Shown here: piece after piece, positions 7,891 to 15,866 of the stretch
Position numbering within the stretch: position 1 is the first letter of the stretch
How the letters are laid out: each line of letters opens with the position of its first letter
Source of the DNA: a bacterium
Lineage (GTDB): Bacteria; Zhuqueibacterota; Zhuqueibacteria; Zhuqueibacterales; Zhuqueibacteraceae
Direction of reading: 5' to 3'
NCBI GenBank assembly: GCA_044869275.1
Contig: JBIOXB010000224.1
Location: 1 to 24,482 of the forward strand
Length of the DNA stretch: 24,482 nt
Notes under the pieces: model-generated
Seen by the model: only the letters and a program-made list of their open reading frames with translations
What the model was told of the DNA's origin: nothing
Database searches by the model: none
Position numbers and translations under genes: made by a program

Positions 7891-8445
7891 TCAGGAAAAC
7901 TGCTGCAGCGCTTGTGCCAGGGTGTAAGCGATTTTTTCCTGATTGAAATCGGAGGCGAGAAATTCCAATTGGGTGGGATTGGTGATGAACTCGGTTTCAA
8001 TATGGCAGGCAGGAATGTGCGTGAGGCGAAAGAGTGCCAAATCCTTGGGCTTGATGCCGCGATTGAGATGGTCGGAGAAGGTCTTGGTCAAGTTCTGCTG
8101 CAGGACCCGGGCCAGGGCCTCGGCGCGGGGGGAATCCGGGCGGTACCAGCACTCCATGCCCTCGGGGTGCGGATCGGAAAAAGCGTTGCAATGCACACTG
8201 ATGAGCACGTCCGCGCCGGCACGATTGACGATATCCGCGCGCCTTTGCAGGTCTTTGCGCAGGCTATTGTCCCAGTTGAGGTCACCGCTGCGCGTCAGCG
8301 CCACTTGATGGCGGGCCTTTCTGAGCAAAACGGCAAGTTTGGAGCAAATGCTCCAGGTCACGTCTTTCTCGTACAGTTCGAAAGGAACGGTGCCGATGGC
8401 GCCGGAAAAAATACCTCCATGTCCGGGATCAAGTGCGATTTTCAT
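7891..8445 (-). CDS. N-acetylmuramoyl-L-alanine amidase (Amidase_3), single catalytic domain, 184 aa
   Basis: 'IALDPGHGG', 'YEKD', 'LTR', 'ADVLISVHCNA' and 'HIETEFITN' supply the Zn ligands and catalytic Glu. GAGG SD before ATG 8445. The longer upstream extension of the ORF track is not protein-like. Confidence 0.93.
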   Translation of the reverse strand: MKIALDPGHGGIFSGAIGTVPFELYEKDVTWSICSKLAVLLRKARHQVALTRSGDLNWDNSLRKDLQRRADIVNRAGADVLISVHCNAFSDPHPEGMECWYRPDSPRAEALARVLQQNLTKTFSDHLNRGIKPKDLALFRLTHIPACHIETEFITNPTQLEFLASDFNQEKIAYTLAQALQQFS

Positions 8446-8507
8446 GAAAACTGCCTCACAGCGAAAGGTGCGGTGCCGCAATCTTTGGAGCACACGTGCT
8501 AATTGAA

Positions 8508-8537
8508 AATATAAGCCCGAATGGTGAGGCAAGTCAA
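8508..8537 (-). promoter_or_regulatory. Sigma70-type promoter for the amidase (and possibly the downstream ATPase/groES)
   Basis: Minus strand TTGACT (8537-8532) - N18 - TATATT (8513-8508), about 60 nt upstream of ATG 8445. Confidence 0.6.
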
Positions 8538-8674
8538 GCAATAAATGCAAAAGCAGTGGGCGAGGAGCAATGGCTGGCATTCCGTTTTTCAGCCTGGTGC
8601 AGGAGCATCGCGAGCGGATGATATTCGAAATGACATTGGGAAGGTGCCGGGAAGGTGAACGGCACACTGCAACA

Positions 8675-10198
8675 TTATTGTAACAGCAAGAACTTCGCGG
8701 TGTGCACGCGCGTGCCCGCTTGCACGCGATAGAAGTACACGCCCGCGGCCGCCAGCCTCCCGTCTTGATCCAGGCCATTCCAGCGCAGCAGGTATTGTCC
8801 TGCGGCGTACGGTGCTTGGTCGCTGAGCTGCGCCACTTCATGGCCCAGTATATCATAGATCACGGCGGTAACCGGCGCCGGCTCGAAGATCTCAAAAACA
8901 ATGCGCAGCTCCTCCCCGGGACGCGAGAGGTGAAACGGATTTGGATAATGCGCGACAAACTGTTGCGGCGTAAAAGTTTCTTCATTCATTTCCACGGAGA
9001 TGGTGCCGCCGGATTTGATGAGCGTGAATTGGTCCATGACCTGGCCCCGGTCCGTGATCCAGCTGCCTTGGAGCGTATCGCCATGAATGTAGATGCTTTC
9101 GTACCCGCAAACGTCGCCGAGCTGGAAGGCCATCAGGCTGTGTTTGCTTTCAATGGGATTGATTTCTCCGCCCGCGCCGGAGACGACATACACCGTGCCT
9201 TTTTCGAATCCTCTTTTGGGATATTGCGACAGACTCTGATTCATGATCTGGTGATTGCTGAGCATGAACGAGCGCTCCGCCACGTGCGAATGGCCGCTGA
9301 GAACGAGATCGACGCCCTCCGCTTCCACCGCGGGCACGAAATCACGCCGGATGTCGTGGTCATCGTCATGCGAGCCGCCGCTGTATGGCGGCCGGTGCCA
9401 CATGGCGATGAGCCAGCGCTGGCCGCGGTTCTTGGCGGCGCGCAAGTCCTGGCGCAGCCAGTCTATTTGCTGTTGCAGATCTGAGGCATTCTCAAAAAGC
9501 AGTTCGTCGTCCAAGCTGGCGAAGTGCGCATTGGCATAATCGAACGAATAGTAGTTTTCCACACCCAGCGGATTGTTGACCGGCGTCTCGAAAAATTCGA
9601 AATACGCGGCGCCATTTTCCGCTTTGATATCGTGGTTGCCCAGCGTGGGCCACCACGGGCGGTGGCTGATGATCTGTTGATAAACCGGAAAATATTTTAC
9701 GAGATATTTTTCGCGCGCACCCTGGCTGTAAATCAGATCACCCAGCAAAAGCGCAAAATCGTGGCGGAAATCGTCTTTGAGCATTTGCGCCGCGGTGGCT
9801 TGCTGGTACTGATCACCCGTGCCAAAATCGCCAAAGGCCATGAAGCGGAATGGCGCCTTGACGCCCGCGCGCGGATGCGTGTGAAAATAATAAGTTTCAC
9901 CGCTGGCATAGATTTTCGCGCCGCTGCCGATTTCATAATAGTATTTCGTAAAGGGCTGCAAGTTCGCAATTTCGGCACGATGCACGACACCGGTGGCAAC
10001 CTGAATCGTTCCTTCCCAGTGTAAGGCTTGCCTGCCATAGCGCAGAAATCCCGGCTCCGCGGTCTTGCTGTACCAAATGACCGCGGCTTTTTGATCGCTG
10101 GTATTTTGCACGTATGGCCCGAGATCCAATTGAGCGTGCCCGTGCCCCAGGCCGGCAAGAACGAAAACCGCTGCCAATTTGCGCGGGAGGTGCGACAT
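8675..10198 (-). CDS. Secreted purple acid phosphatase-type metallophosphoesterase with FlgD-Ig/T9SS-type C-terminal domain (507 aa)
   Basis: AAGAGGA SD and signal peptide 'MSHLPRKLAAVFVLAGLGHGHA-Q'. FN3-like N-domain. Metal motifs FGDFG, LGDLIY, GNHD, WHRPPY, SGHSH. C-terminal 'HYPNPF...WNGLDQDGRLAAAGVYFYRV'. Confidence 0.92.
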   Translation of the reverse strand: MSHLPRKLAAVFVLAGLGHGHAQLDLGPYVQNTSDQKAAVIWYSKTAEPGFLRYGRQALHWEGTIQVATGVVHRAEIANLQPFTKYYYEIGSGAKIYASGETYYFHTHPRAGVKAPFRFMAFGDFGTGDQYQQATAAQMLKDDFRHDFALLLGDLIYSQGAREKYLVKYFPVYQQIISHRPWWPTLGNHDIKAENGAAYFEFFETPVNNPLGVENYYSFDYANAHFASLDDELLFENASDLQQQIDWLRQDLRAAKNRGQRWLIAMWHRPPYSGGSHDDDHDIRRDFVPAVEAEGVDLVLSGHSHVAERSFMLSNHQIMNQSLSQYPKRGFEKGTVYVVSGAGGEINPIESKHSLMAFQLGDVCGYESIYIHGDTLQGSWITDRGQVMDQFTLIKSGGTISVEMNEETFTPQQFVAHYPNPFHLSRPGEELRIVFEIFEPAPVTAVIYDILGHEVAQLSDQAPYAAGQYLLRWNGLDQDGRLAAAGVYFYRVQAGTRVHTAKFLLLQ

Positions 10199-10286
10199 AA
10201 GGAGAATCCTCTTGGAATTGCGATAGCATGGTGAAAGTATGAAATGTCTTCGCAAGACCCGTGCCGCAAATGTCTGCATCTTCCTT

Positions 10287-10315
10287 TTGATTTCTTGCCG
10301 GATTTTTCGTATCAT
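10287..10315 (+). promoter_or_regulatory. Sigma70-type promoter; predicted +1 coincides with the ATG at 10322 (leaderless)
   Basis: TTGATT (10287-10292) - N17 - TATCAT (10310-10315), 6 nt before ATG 10322; no SD in between. Confidence 0.6.
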
Positions 10316-10321
10316 TTTCGC

Positions 10322-11323
10322 ATGAAAATTGAGAATATTCCCCTCGCCGAGATTGCGCTCGACGCGCCGGATTGGGATCGATACGTTTTCACTTTCCCGC
10401 TGGAACCGGGGCCGGTGCTGGAATCCATTCAGGCCGTAGGATTGCAGCAGCCAGTGGTTCTCGCCGCGACGGCGGACGATTACCTCATGGTCATCGGGGT
10501 GCGGCGCCTGCTAGCCTGCCGGCAATTGAATTGGAAGAAGATTCCGGCGGTGGTGGTGCGTGAGGGCACCCCGGAAAAGCTGCTGTGGCTGAGCCTGCAG
10601 GAAAAACGCGGTGGCCGGCCGCTCAACGCCATGGAAAAATCGCGCGTGCTGCAGCGCTTTGCAGCTTTGTGGGAGGGCGATCTCGAGCGCCTGCAGAAAG
10701 AAATCTGCCCGCTGTTGGGCCTGCCGCCCACGATCGAAGCAGTGGAAAGTTATCTTTTTTTCAAACAAATTCCCGACCATCTGCACCTTGAATTGGCGGA
10801 GGGGCGGCTAACGGCGCAGCACACGGATTTGCTGCGCCCGCTGCGTCCGGATGACCGGCACGTGGCTGCCGAAAGATTGTTTGGGGCGCACCGCGTGACG
10901 CTGCAAGAAGCGCGGGAGATTTTGGAAAATGCCTCCAGCCTGGCCGCGCGAGAGAATTATCGCGTACGCGATATTTTCGACCGGCCGGAAATCAAAGACC
11001 TTTTCGTACGCGAGCACTACACCCCCCGCCAGCGCACCACTTTGTTGCGCACCTGGCTGCACGAGCAGCGCTATCCCCAGCTTAGCGCGCTCGCGCAGCA
11101 ATTTGAAGAGCTGGCGCATATGCTGGCCGCAGACCGGCCGATTGCGGTCAAGCCGCCGCGCGATTTCGAGGGGAATGAAATCACCGTATCTTTTCGCGCG
11201 CAACAACCGCAAGACATCCAGGAGATTCTGGCGACGATGAAGGACGCCGACAAACGCGGTTTGTGGAAAAAACTCTTTGCTCTGCTGCAAGGAGAAATGC
11301 GCCAACAGGAAGAAGAGTTTTGA
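10322..11323 (+). CDS. ParB/Srx N-terminal domain protein (ParB-like), 333 aa
   Basis: 'VLESIQAVGLQQPVVL...YLMVIGVRRLLACRQLNWKKIPAVV' matches ParB boxes I/II with GxRR. 'LNAMEKS' helix and a long divergent C-terminal region follow. Confidence 0.85.
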   Translation: MKIENIPLAEIALDAPDWDRYVFTFPLEPGPVLESIQAVGLQQPVVLAATADDYLMVIGVRRLLACRQLNWKKIPAVVVREGTPEKLLWLSLQEKRGGRPLNAMEKSRVLQRFAALWEGDLERLQKEICPLLGLPPTIEAVESYLFFKQIPDHLHLELAEGRLTAQHTDLLRPLRPDDRHVAAERLFGAHRVTLQEAREILENASSLAARENYRVRDIFDRPEIKDLFVREHYTPRQRTTLLRTWLHEQRYPQLSALAQQFEELAHMLAADRPIAVKPPRDFEGNEITVSFRAQQPQDIQEILATMKDADKRGLWKKLFALLQGEMRQQEEEF

Positions 11324-11359
11324 ACGCACTGCTCACGCCTTAGGACCAGTTGAAATTCT

Positions 11360-12427
11360 ATGCCAGTTCTTGCTCACACCAGCGCCAAGCTTTTTTATCC
11401 GGACAGCATTTTCGTCGAATCTGAGGCGCGTGATTATGCTCTGGCCCGCGAAATCTTAACGGCATTGCCGCATGTTCCGGTGCACGAGATCCAGTCGTAT
11501 CAGCATTTCTCCGCACGGGAACTCGGCCTCAATCGCCGCATCGCCAGCGAAAAGCGCTCCTTGATTTTGGCAGTGAAAAGAGGCGAGTTGGTCAAGCCCG
11601 TCGAACGCGATTTGTTCCAATCCACGCCCAACGAATATTACCTCATTCATTCCCTGGGCTGCCCGTTCGACTGCGAATATTGCTTTTTGTACGATTATCT
11701 CGATCACCAGCGCCCGACGATTTTTGTGAATATGCCGGATTTGCTGGCACGCCTGGAGGAAGTCGTGGCGGATCATCGCACGCCAGGCGAGAAGGTTTTT
11801 CACGCCGGTGAGTTCTCCGATGCGCTGGCATATGACCATCTTACCAATCTCTCCCGGCCCTTGGTCGAATGGTTTGCAAAGCAAAACAAAGCCCGGCTCG
11901 AAATGCGCACCAAAAGTGATTACATTGAAAACTTGCTCGGCTTGTCGCACCAGGGGCGCACCGTGGTGTCGTGGACATTCAACCCGGCGGAGCTTGCACA
12001 GCGCCTCGAGCATCAAACTGCCGCATTGACGCGGCGCATATCCGCGGCCCGAAAAGTTCAGGAGCACGGTTACTGGGTCGGTCTGCGTTTCGATCCGATG
12101 ATCTGGTATCCCGACTGGCGCGAGGGTTATCAAAAAATGATTGCGGACATTTTTTCCACGTTGGAAGCGCGCCTGATCTCCGACGTTTCTCTCGGCATGT
12201 TTCGCGCCACGCCGGGATTGAAGCACGTCATCCAAAATCGCCTGCGGCATAGCTGGCTCCTGGCCGGTGAGACCGTATTGTGCGCGGACGGCAAATACCG
12301 CTACTCCAAACCCGTGCGCCGCGAGATGTATCGGGCGATCGCCGGCTGGATACGCGAATACGCGCCGCAGGTCAGAATCGACAGTTGCATGGAAGCGCCG
12401 GAAGTGGCGGCAGTGTTGTGTGATTGA
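11360..12427 (+). CDS. Spore photoproduct lyase (SplB)-like radical SAM protein
   Basis: CxxxCxxC 'GCPFDCEYCFL', 'P.IFVN', 'GEFSDAL', 'LEMRTKS', 'TVVSWTFNP', 'VGLRFDPMI...WREGY' and 'DGKYRY' are typical of SPL-family proteins. Confidence 0.88.
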   Translation: MPVLAHTSAKLFYPDSIFVESEARDYALAREILTALPHVPVHEIQSYQHFSARELGLNRRIASEKRSLILAVKRGELVKPVERDLFQSTPNEYYLIHSLGCPFDCEYCFLYDYLDHQRPTIFVNMPDLLARLEEVVADHRTPGEKVFHAGEFSDALAYDHLTNLSRPLVEWFAKQNKARLEMRTKSDYIENLLGLSHQGRTVVSWTFNPAELAQRLEHQTAALTRRISAARKVQEHGYWVGLRFDPMIWYPDWREGYQKMIADIFSTLEARLISDVSLGMFRATPGLKHVIQNRLRHSWLLAGETVLCADGKYRYSKPVRREMYRAIAGWIREYAPQVRIDSCMEAPEVAAVLCD

Positions 12428-13827
12428 AGTTCTCGTCTATGCTACGACCATCGGTCACTGCACAAAAATTCGCTCCCTGGAAAAAATTCCAGCAACGCCT
12501 GCGTCCCGCGCGCATTTTGCTGGCCAGCTTTGCCGGGTTGATTTTGCTCGGCGCCGCGGTGCTGGCCTTGCCCCTCGCGGCGCAAGAGGCGCCGGTCCCG
12601 TTTGTCGATGCCCTGTTCACTGCCACTTCCGCCGTTTGCGTCACCGGCCTGACGGTGGTTGACACCGGCACCACCTTCTCACCATTTGGCCAAATCGTGA
12701 TCGTGATTTTGATACAATTGGGTGGCTTGGGCGTGATGACCTTCTCGATGTTCTTCGTCGCCCTCTTGGGCGGCCGGCTCTCCTTCGGCGGGCGTGATCT
12801 GCTGCAAGAAACCTTGAGCCAGCGCCCCATTCAAAATTTGCGCGGGTTGCTGAAGTTGGTCGTGGCTTCCACTTTCATGATCGAAGCCGCTGGCGCGGTG
12901 GTGCTGAGCTTGCGATTCATGCAAAATCTGCCCTCCTCGACCGCGATTTATCACGGCATTTTTCATGCCGTTTCCGCCTTTTGCAACGCCGGTTTTGGGC
13001 TCTATCGCGACAATCTGGTTTCGTACCAAGCCGATCTGGCCGTCAATTTCACCATCACGACCTTGATCATTCTCGGCGGCCTCGGTTTCATCGTGATCTT
13101 CGAGCTCACCCAAGCGCCCAAGCAACGGCGCCGGGCTTTTTCCTTGCACACGAAGCTGGTGCTCACCACCACCGGGATTTTGATTCTGGCCGGGACCGCC
13201 TTATTCATGTTGTTGGAGCACTATAACGGAGAGTTGCAGCTGCCGTGGGCGAGAAAAACTCTCGCGGCTTATTTTCATTCCGTCAGCGCGCGTACCGCGG
13301 GCTTTAATACGGTCGATATCGGCGCACTCACGGACGCCACACTGTTCATGCTCATTTTCTTGATGTTCGTCGGTGCCTCGCCCGGCTCTTGCGGCGGCGG
13401 CATCAAAACCACGACGTTTGCCACGCTTGTGGCCCTGATCAGATCGCGTTTCCGCAATCAGGAGGAGGTACAACTGTTCTACCGCACCCTGCCGAATGAA
13501 ACCATTTCCAAAGCCGTTTCCGTCGCTTTTTTTTCATTCCTGCCCATCGTGCTTTTTTCTCTGATTTTGCTGGTGACGGAGGGCGGCGGGCACTCGCATC
13601 ACGCCACGCGCGGTTTGTTTTTGGAAGTTCTTTTCGAATCCACCTCGGCGTTCGGCACGGTGGGATTGTCCACCGGCATCACACCCAGCCTGACTGTGAC
13701 GGGTAAAATCTTGATCACCCTGCTGATGTTCATCGGCCGTCTGGGTCCGATGACGGTGGCGATCGCAGTCAGCGGCGAGAAAAAATACCGGTTCAAGTAT
13801 GCACAAGAGAACATTTTGATCGGATAG
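12424..13827 (+). CDS. ktrB: Ktr/Trk potassium uptake membrane subunit (KtrB/TrkH family)
   Basis: Four pore loops 'SAVCVTGL', 'FCNAGF', 'RTAGF', 'FGTVGLS'; also 'GASPGSCGGGIKTTT' and 'MFIGRLGP'. TTG start overlaps the upstream stop (TTGA); ATG 12439 is an alternative start. Confidence 0.95.
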   Translation: MKFSSMLRPSVTAQKFAPWKKFQQRLRPARILLASFAGLILLGAAVLALPLAAQEAPVPFVDALFTATSAVCVTGLTVVDTGTTFSPFGQIVIVILIQLGGLGVMTFSMFFVALLGGRLSFGGRDLLQETLSQRPIQNLRGLLKLVVASTFMIEAAGAVVLSLRFMQNLPSSTAIYHGIFHAVSAFCNAGFGLYRDNLVSYQADLAVNFTITTLIILGGLGFIVIFELTQAPKQRRRAFSLHTKLVLTTTGILILAGTALFMLLEHYNGELQLPWARKTLAAYFHSVSARTAGFNTVDIGALTDATLFMLIFLMFVGASPGSCGGGIKTTTFATLVALIRSRFRNQEEVQLFYRTLPNETISKAVSVAFFSFLPIVLFSLILLVTEGGGHSHHATRGLFLEVLFESTSAFGTVGLSTGITPSLTVTGKILITLLMFIGRLGPMTVAIAVSGEKKYRFKYAQENILIG

Positions 13828-13830
13828 TGC

Positions 13831-14496
13831 ATGGAAACGCGCATGCGCACTTGCGCCGTGATTGGCATGAGCAGTTTCGGCTATTATCTGTGCCGGCATC
13901 TTGCCGAAGCCGGCGTTGAAGTGATGGCCATCGACGTCGATGAAAACCGCATCGATGACGTCAAACCTTTCGTCCAAAAAGCCGTGGTCGCGGACGCCAG
14001 GGACAAAGACACGCTGATCAGCCTGGGCCTGGCTGAAATCGACGTGGTGGTAGTAACGGTGGGTGAGCCGATCGACATCAGCGTTCTGGTCACACTCTAC
14101 TTGCGTGAGCTGGGCGTGAAGGAAATCGTGGCAAAAGCCATCAGCGAGGATCACGGCAAAATCCTGGATCGCATCGGCGCGACCCAGATCATCTTTCCCG
14201 AGCGCGATATGGCGCAACGCGTGGCCTACATACTACGCCGCTCTACGCTGCTCGATTACGTCTCGCTGGGCGACGGTTACAGCATCATTGAAATGGCGCC
14301 CCCCAATCCCTGGCTGGGAAAGCATCTGGCCGAGTTGGACGTGCGCAAGAAATACAATGTGCAAATCATCATGATCAAAGATGTGCTGCGCGACAACGCG
14401 CAATTGATTCCCGGCGGCGATTTCTTGCTCAAAGACAGTGACGTTCTGGTCGTCGTTGGCCGCACCGATGATTTGCAGAAACTCGAGAGGTTGTAG
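13831..14496 (+). CDS. ktrA: Ktr/Trk potassium uptake regulatory RCK subunit (KtrA/TrkA family)
   Basis: RCK_N Rossmann 'AVIGMSSFG...VMAIDVDE', 'IVAKA', 'IIFPERDMA', plus an RCK_C domain. Starts 3 nt after ktrB. Confidence 0.93.
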   Translation: METRMRTCAVIGMSSFGYYLCRHLAEAGVEVMAIDVDENRIDDVKPFVQKAVVADARDKDTLISLGLAEIDVVVVTVGEPIDISVLVTLYLRELGVKEIVAKAISEDHGKILDRIGATQIIFPERDMAQRVAYILRRSTLLDYVSLGDGYSIIEMAPPNPWLGKHLAELDVRKKYNVQIIMIKDVLRDNAQLIPGGDFLLKDSDVLVVVGRTDDLQKLERL

Positions 14497-14501
14497 TGCC
14501 C

Positions 14502-15866
14502 ATGCCCTCCCTGCTTTTCAAAAATGCGCTGCTCGTGACCATGAATCCGGCACGCGAAGTTTTTCGAGGCAATTTGTTCGTGCAGCAGGATCGTATCGCT
14601 GCATTGCAAGCCGCGAATTCCGCTGGCGACCATGGCAGCGAGGTGCCGGCCATGGGGCATGAGCCTGCGCGCGTGATCGAAGCCCGGCATTGCGCGCTTC
14701 TGCCCGGTTTCGTGCACACGCATATTCACCTCTGCCAAACCCTATTTCGCAATCGCGCTGAAGATTTGAGTTTGCTGGACTGGCTGCAACAAAAAATCTG
14801 GCCATTCGAAGCGGCGCACAATGAGAGCTCGATGCGGGCTTCGGCTCGTCTCGGCATGGCCGAGCTGCTCGCCGGCGGCAGCACCACGATTTTGGACATG
14901 GGCAGCGTGCATCATTACGAAGCGGTTTTCGAAGAAGCCGAACGCCTGGGCATGCGCCTGGTGGGCGGCAAATGCATGATGGATGCCGGAGATCATGTCC
15001 CTTCGGGGTTGCGCGAAAGTACACAAGATTCCTTGCGGGAGAGCGAGCGTTTGTGCCGCGACTGGCACGGTGCAGCTCACGGCCGGTTGCGCTACGCTTT
15101 CGCCCCGCGCTTTGCGCTCTCCTGCTCCGAGCAACTGCTGCGCGAGGTGGCCGAACGGGCGCGCGCCGAAGGCGTAATGGTGCATACCCACGCCGCGGAA
15201 ACGGCGCAAGAGGAGATCCTGCTGCAGCAGCAGAAAGATCTCCGCAGTATCGCGTTCTTGCGTGCATTGGGAATGCACGGCTCGCACTGCTGTTTCGCCC
15301 ACGCCGTGCACGCTGATGCCGAAGCAAGAAAAGTGTTAGCGCAAGATGGCACGGCCATCGCCCATTGTCCCAGCTCGAATATGAAGCTCGCGAGCGGGCT
15401 CGCGCCGGTGGTGGAATTGCGCCGCGCCGGCGTGAAAGTGGGATTGGGCGCGGATGGCGCGCCGTGCAACAACAGCCTCGATATGTTCAAAGAAATGGCG
15501 CTGGCCGGTTTGATTCAAAAGGTTCGCCTGGGCCCAACGGCCTTGACCGCACAAGAGATCGTGGAAATGGCGACGATCACCGGCGCGGCTTGCCTGGGAT
15601 GGGAAAAGGAGATCGGCAGTTTGGAAATCGGCAAGAAGGCGGACCTGGTGTTGCTGCGGCTGCGAGAGCTGCATGCCGCGCCGGAAAACCTCGAGAACAT
15701 TTATGCCCAAATTGTTTATGCTGCTCGCGCGCAGGACGTGAGCTTGACGATGGTGGACGGGCGCATCGTTTATGAACAAGGTGAATTCGAGGGGATTGAA
15801 GCGCCTCGCGTGCTCGCGCAAGCGCAGGAAGAATTGCAGAAACTACTGCAGCGTATCGGACCATGA
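14502..15866 (+). CDS. Amidohydrolase, 5'-deoxyadenosine / MTA-SAH deaminase family (454 aa)
   Basis: 'PGFVHTHIHLCQTLFR', 'FAPRFALSCS', 'HTHAAET', 'AHAVH', 'HCPSSNMKLASG', 'LGADGAPCNNSLDMF', 'GSLEIGKKADLV'. Confidence 0.88.
   Translation: MPSLLFKNALLVTMNPAREVFRGNLFVQQDRIAALQAANSAGDHGSEVPAMGHEPARVIEARHCALLPGFVHTHIHLCQTLFRNRAEDLSLLDWLQQKIWPFEAAHNESSMRASARLGMAELLAGGSTTILDMGSVHHYEAVFEEAERLGMRLVGGKCMMDAGDHVPSGLRESTQDSLRESERLCRDWHGAAHGRLRYAFAPRFALSCSEQLLREVAERARAEGVMVHTHAAETAQEEILLQQQKDLRSIAFLRALGMHGSHCCFAHAVHADAEARKVLAQDGTAIAHCPSSNMKLASGLAPVVELRRAGVKVGLGADGAPCNNSLDMFKEMALAGLIQKVRLGPTALTAQEIVEMATITGAACLGWEKEIGSLEIGKKADLVLLRLRELHAAPENLENIYAQIVYAARAQDVSLTMVDGRIVYEQGEFEGIEAPRVLAQAQEELQKLLQRIGP

Noticed and set aside
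8475..8503. Possible CIRCE (GTGCTAA half-site) or parS (CACGTG core) upstream of the amidase-ATPase-groES run
   Set aside because: The left CIRCE half matches only about 5/9 at the wrong spacing, and the parS flanks (TGTT...AACA) are absent. Only the short palindrome AGCAC-AC-GTGCT is real.
8446..8856. 137-codon N-terminal extension of the amidase in the ORF track
   Set aside because: It overlaps the phosphatase 3' end and spans a promoter; the SD and domain start support ATG 8445.
6469..11323. MinD/ParA-type ATPase and ParB-like gene as a parAB partition pair
   Set aside because: They are divergent and separated by two genes, the ATPase resembles FlhG/MinD more than Soj, and no parS was seen. 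A functional link cannot be excluded but is unsupported.
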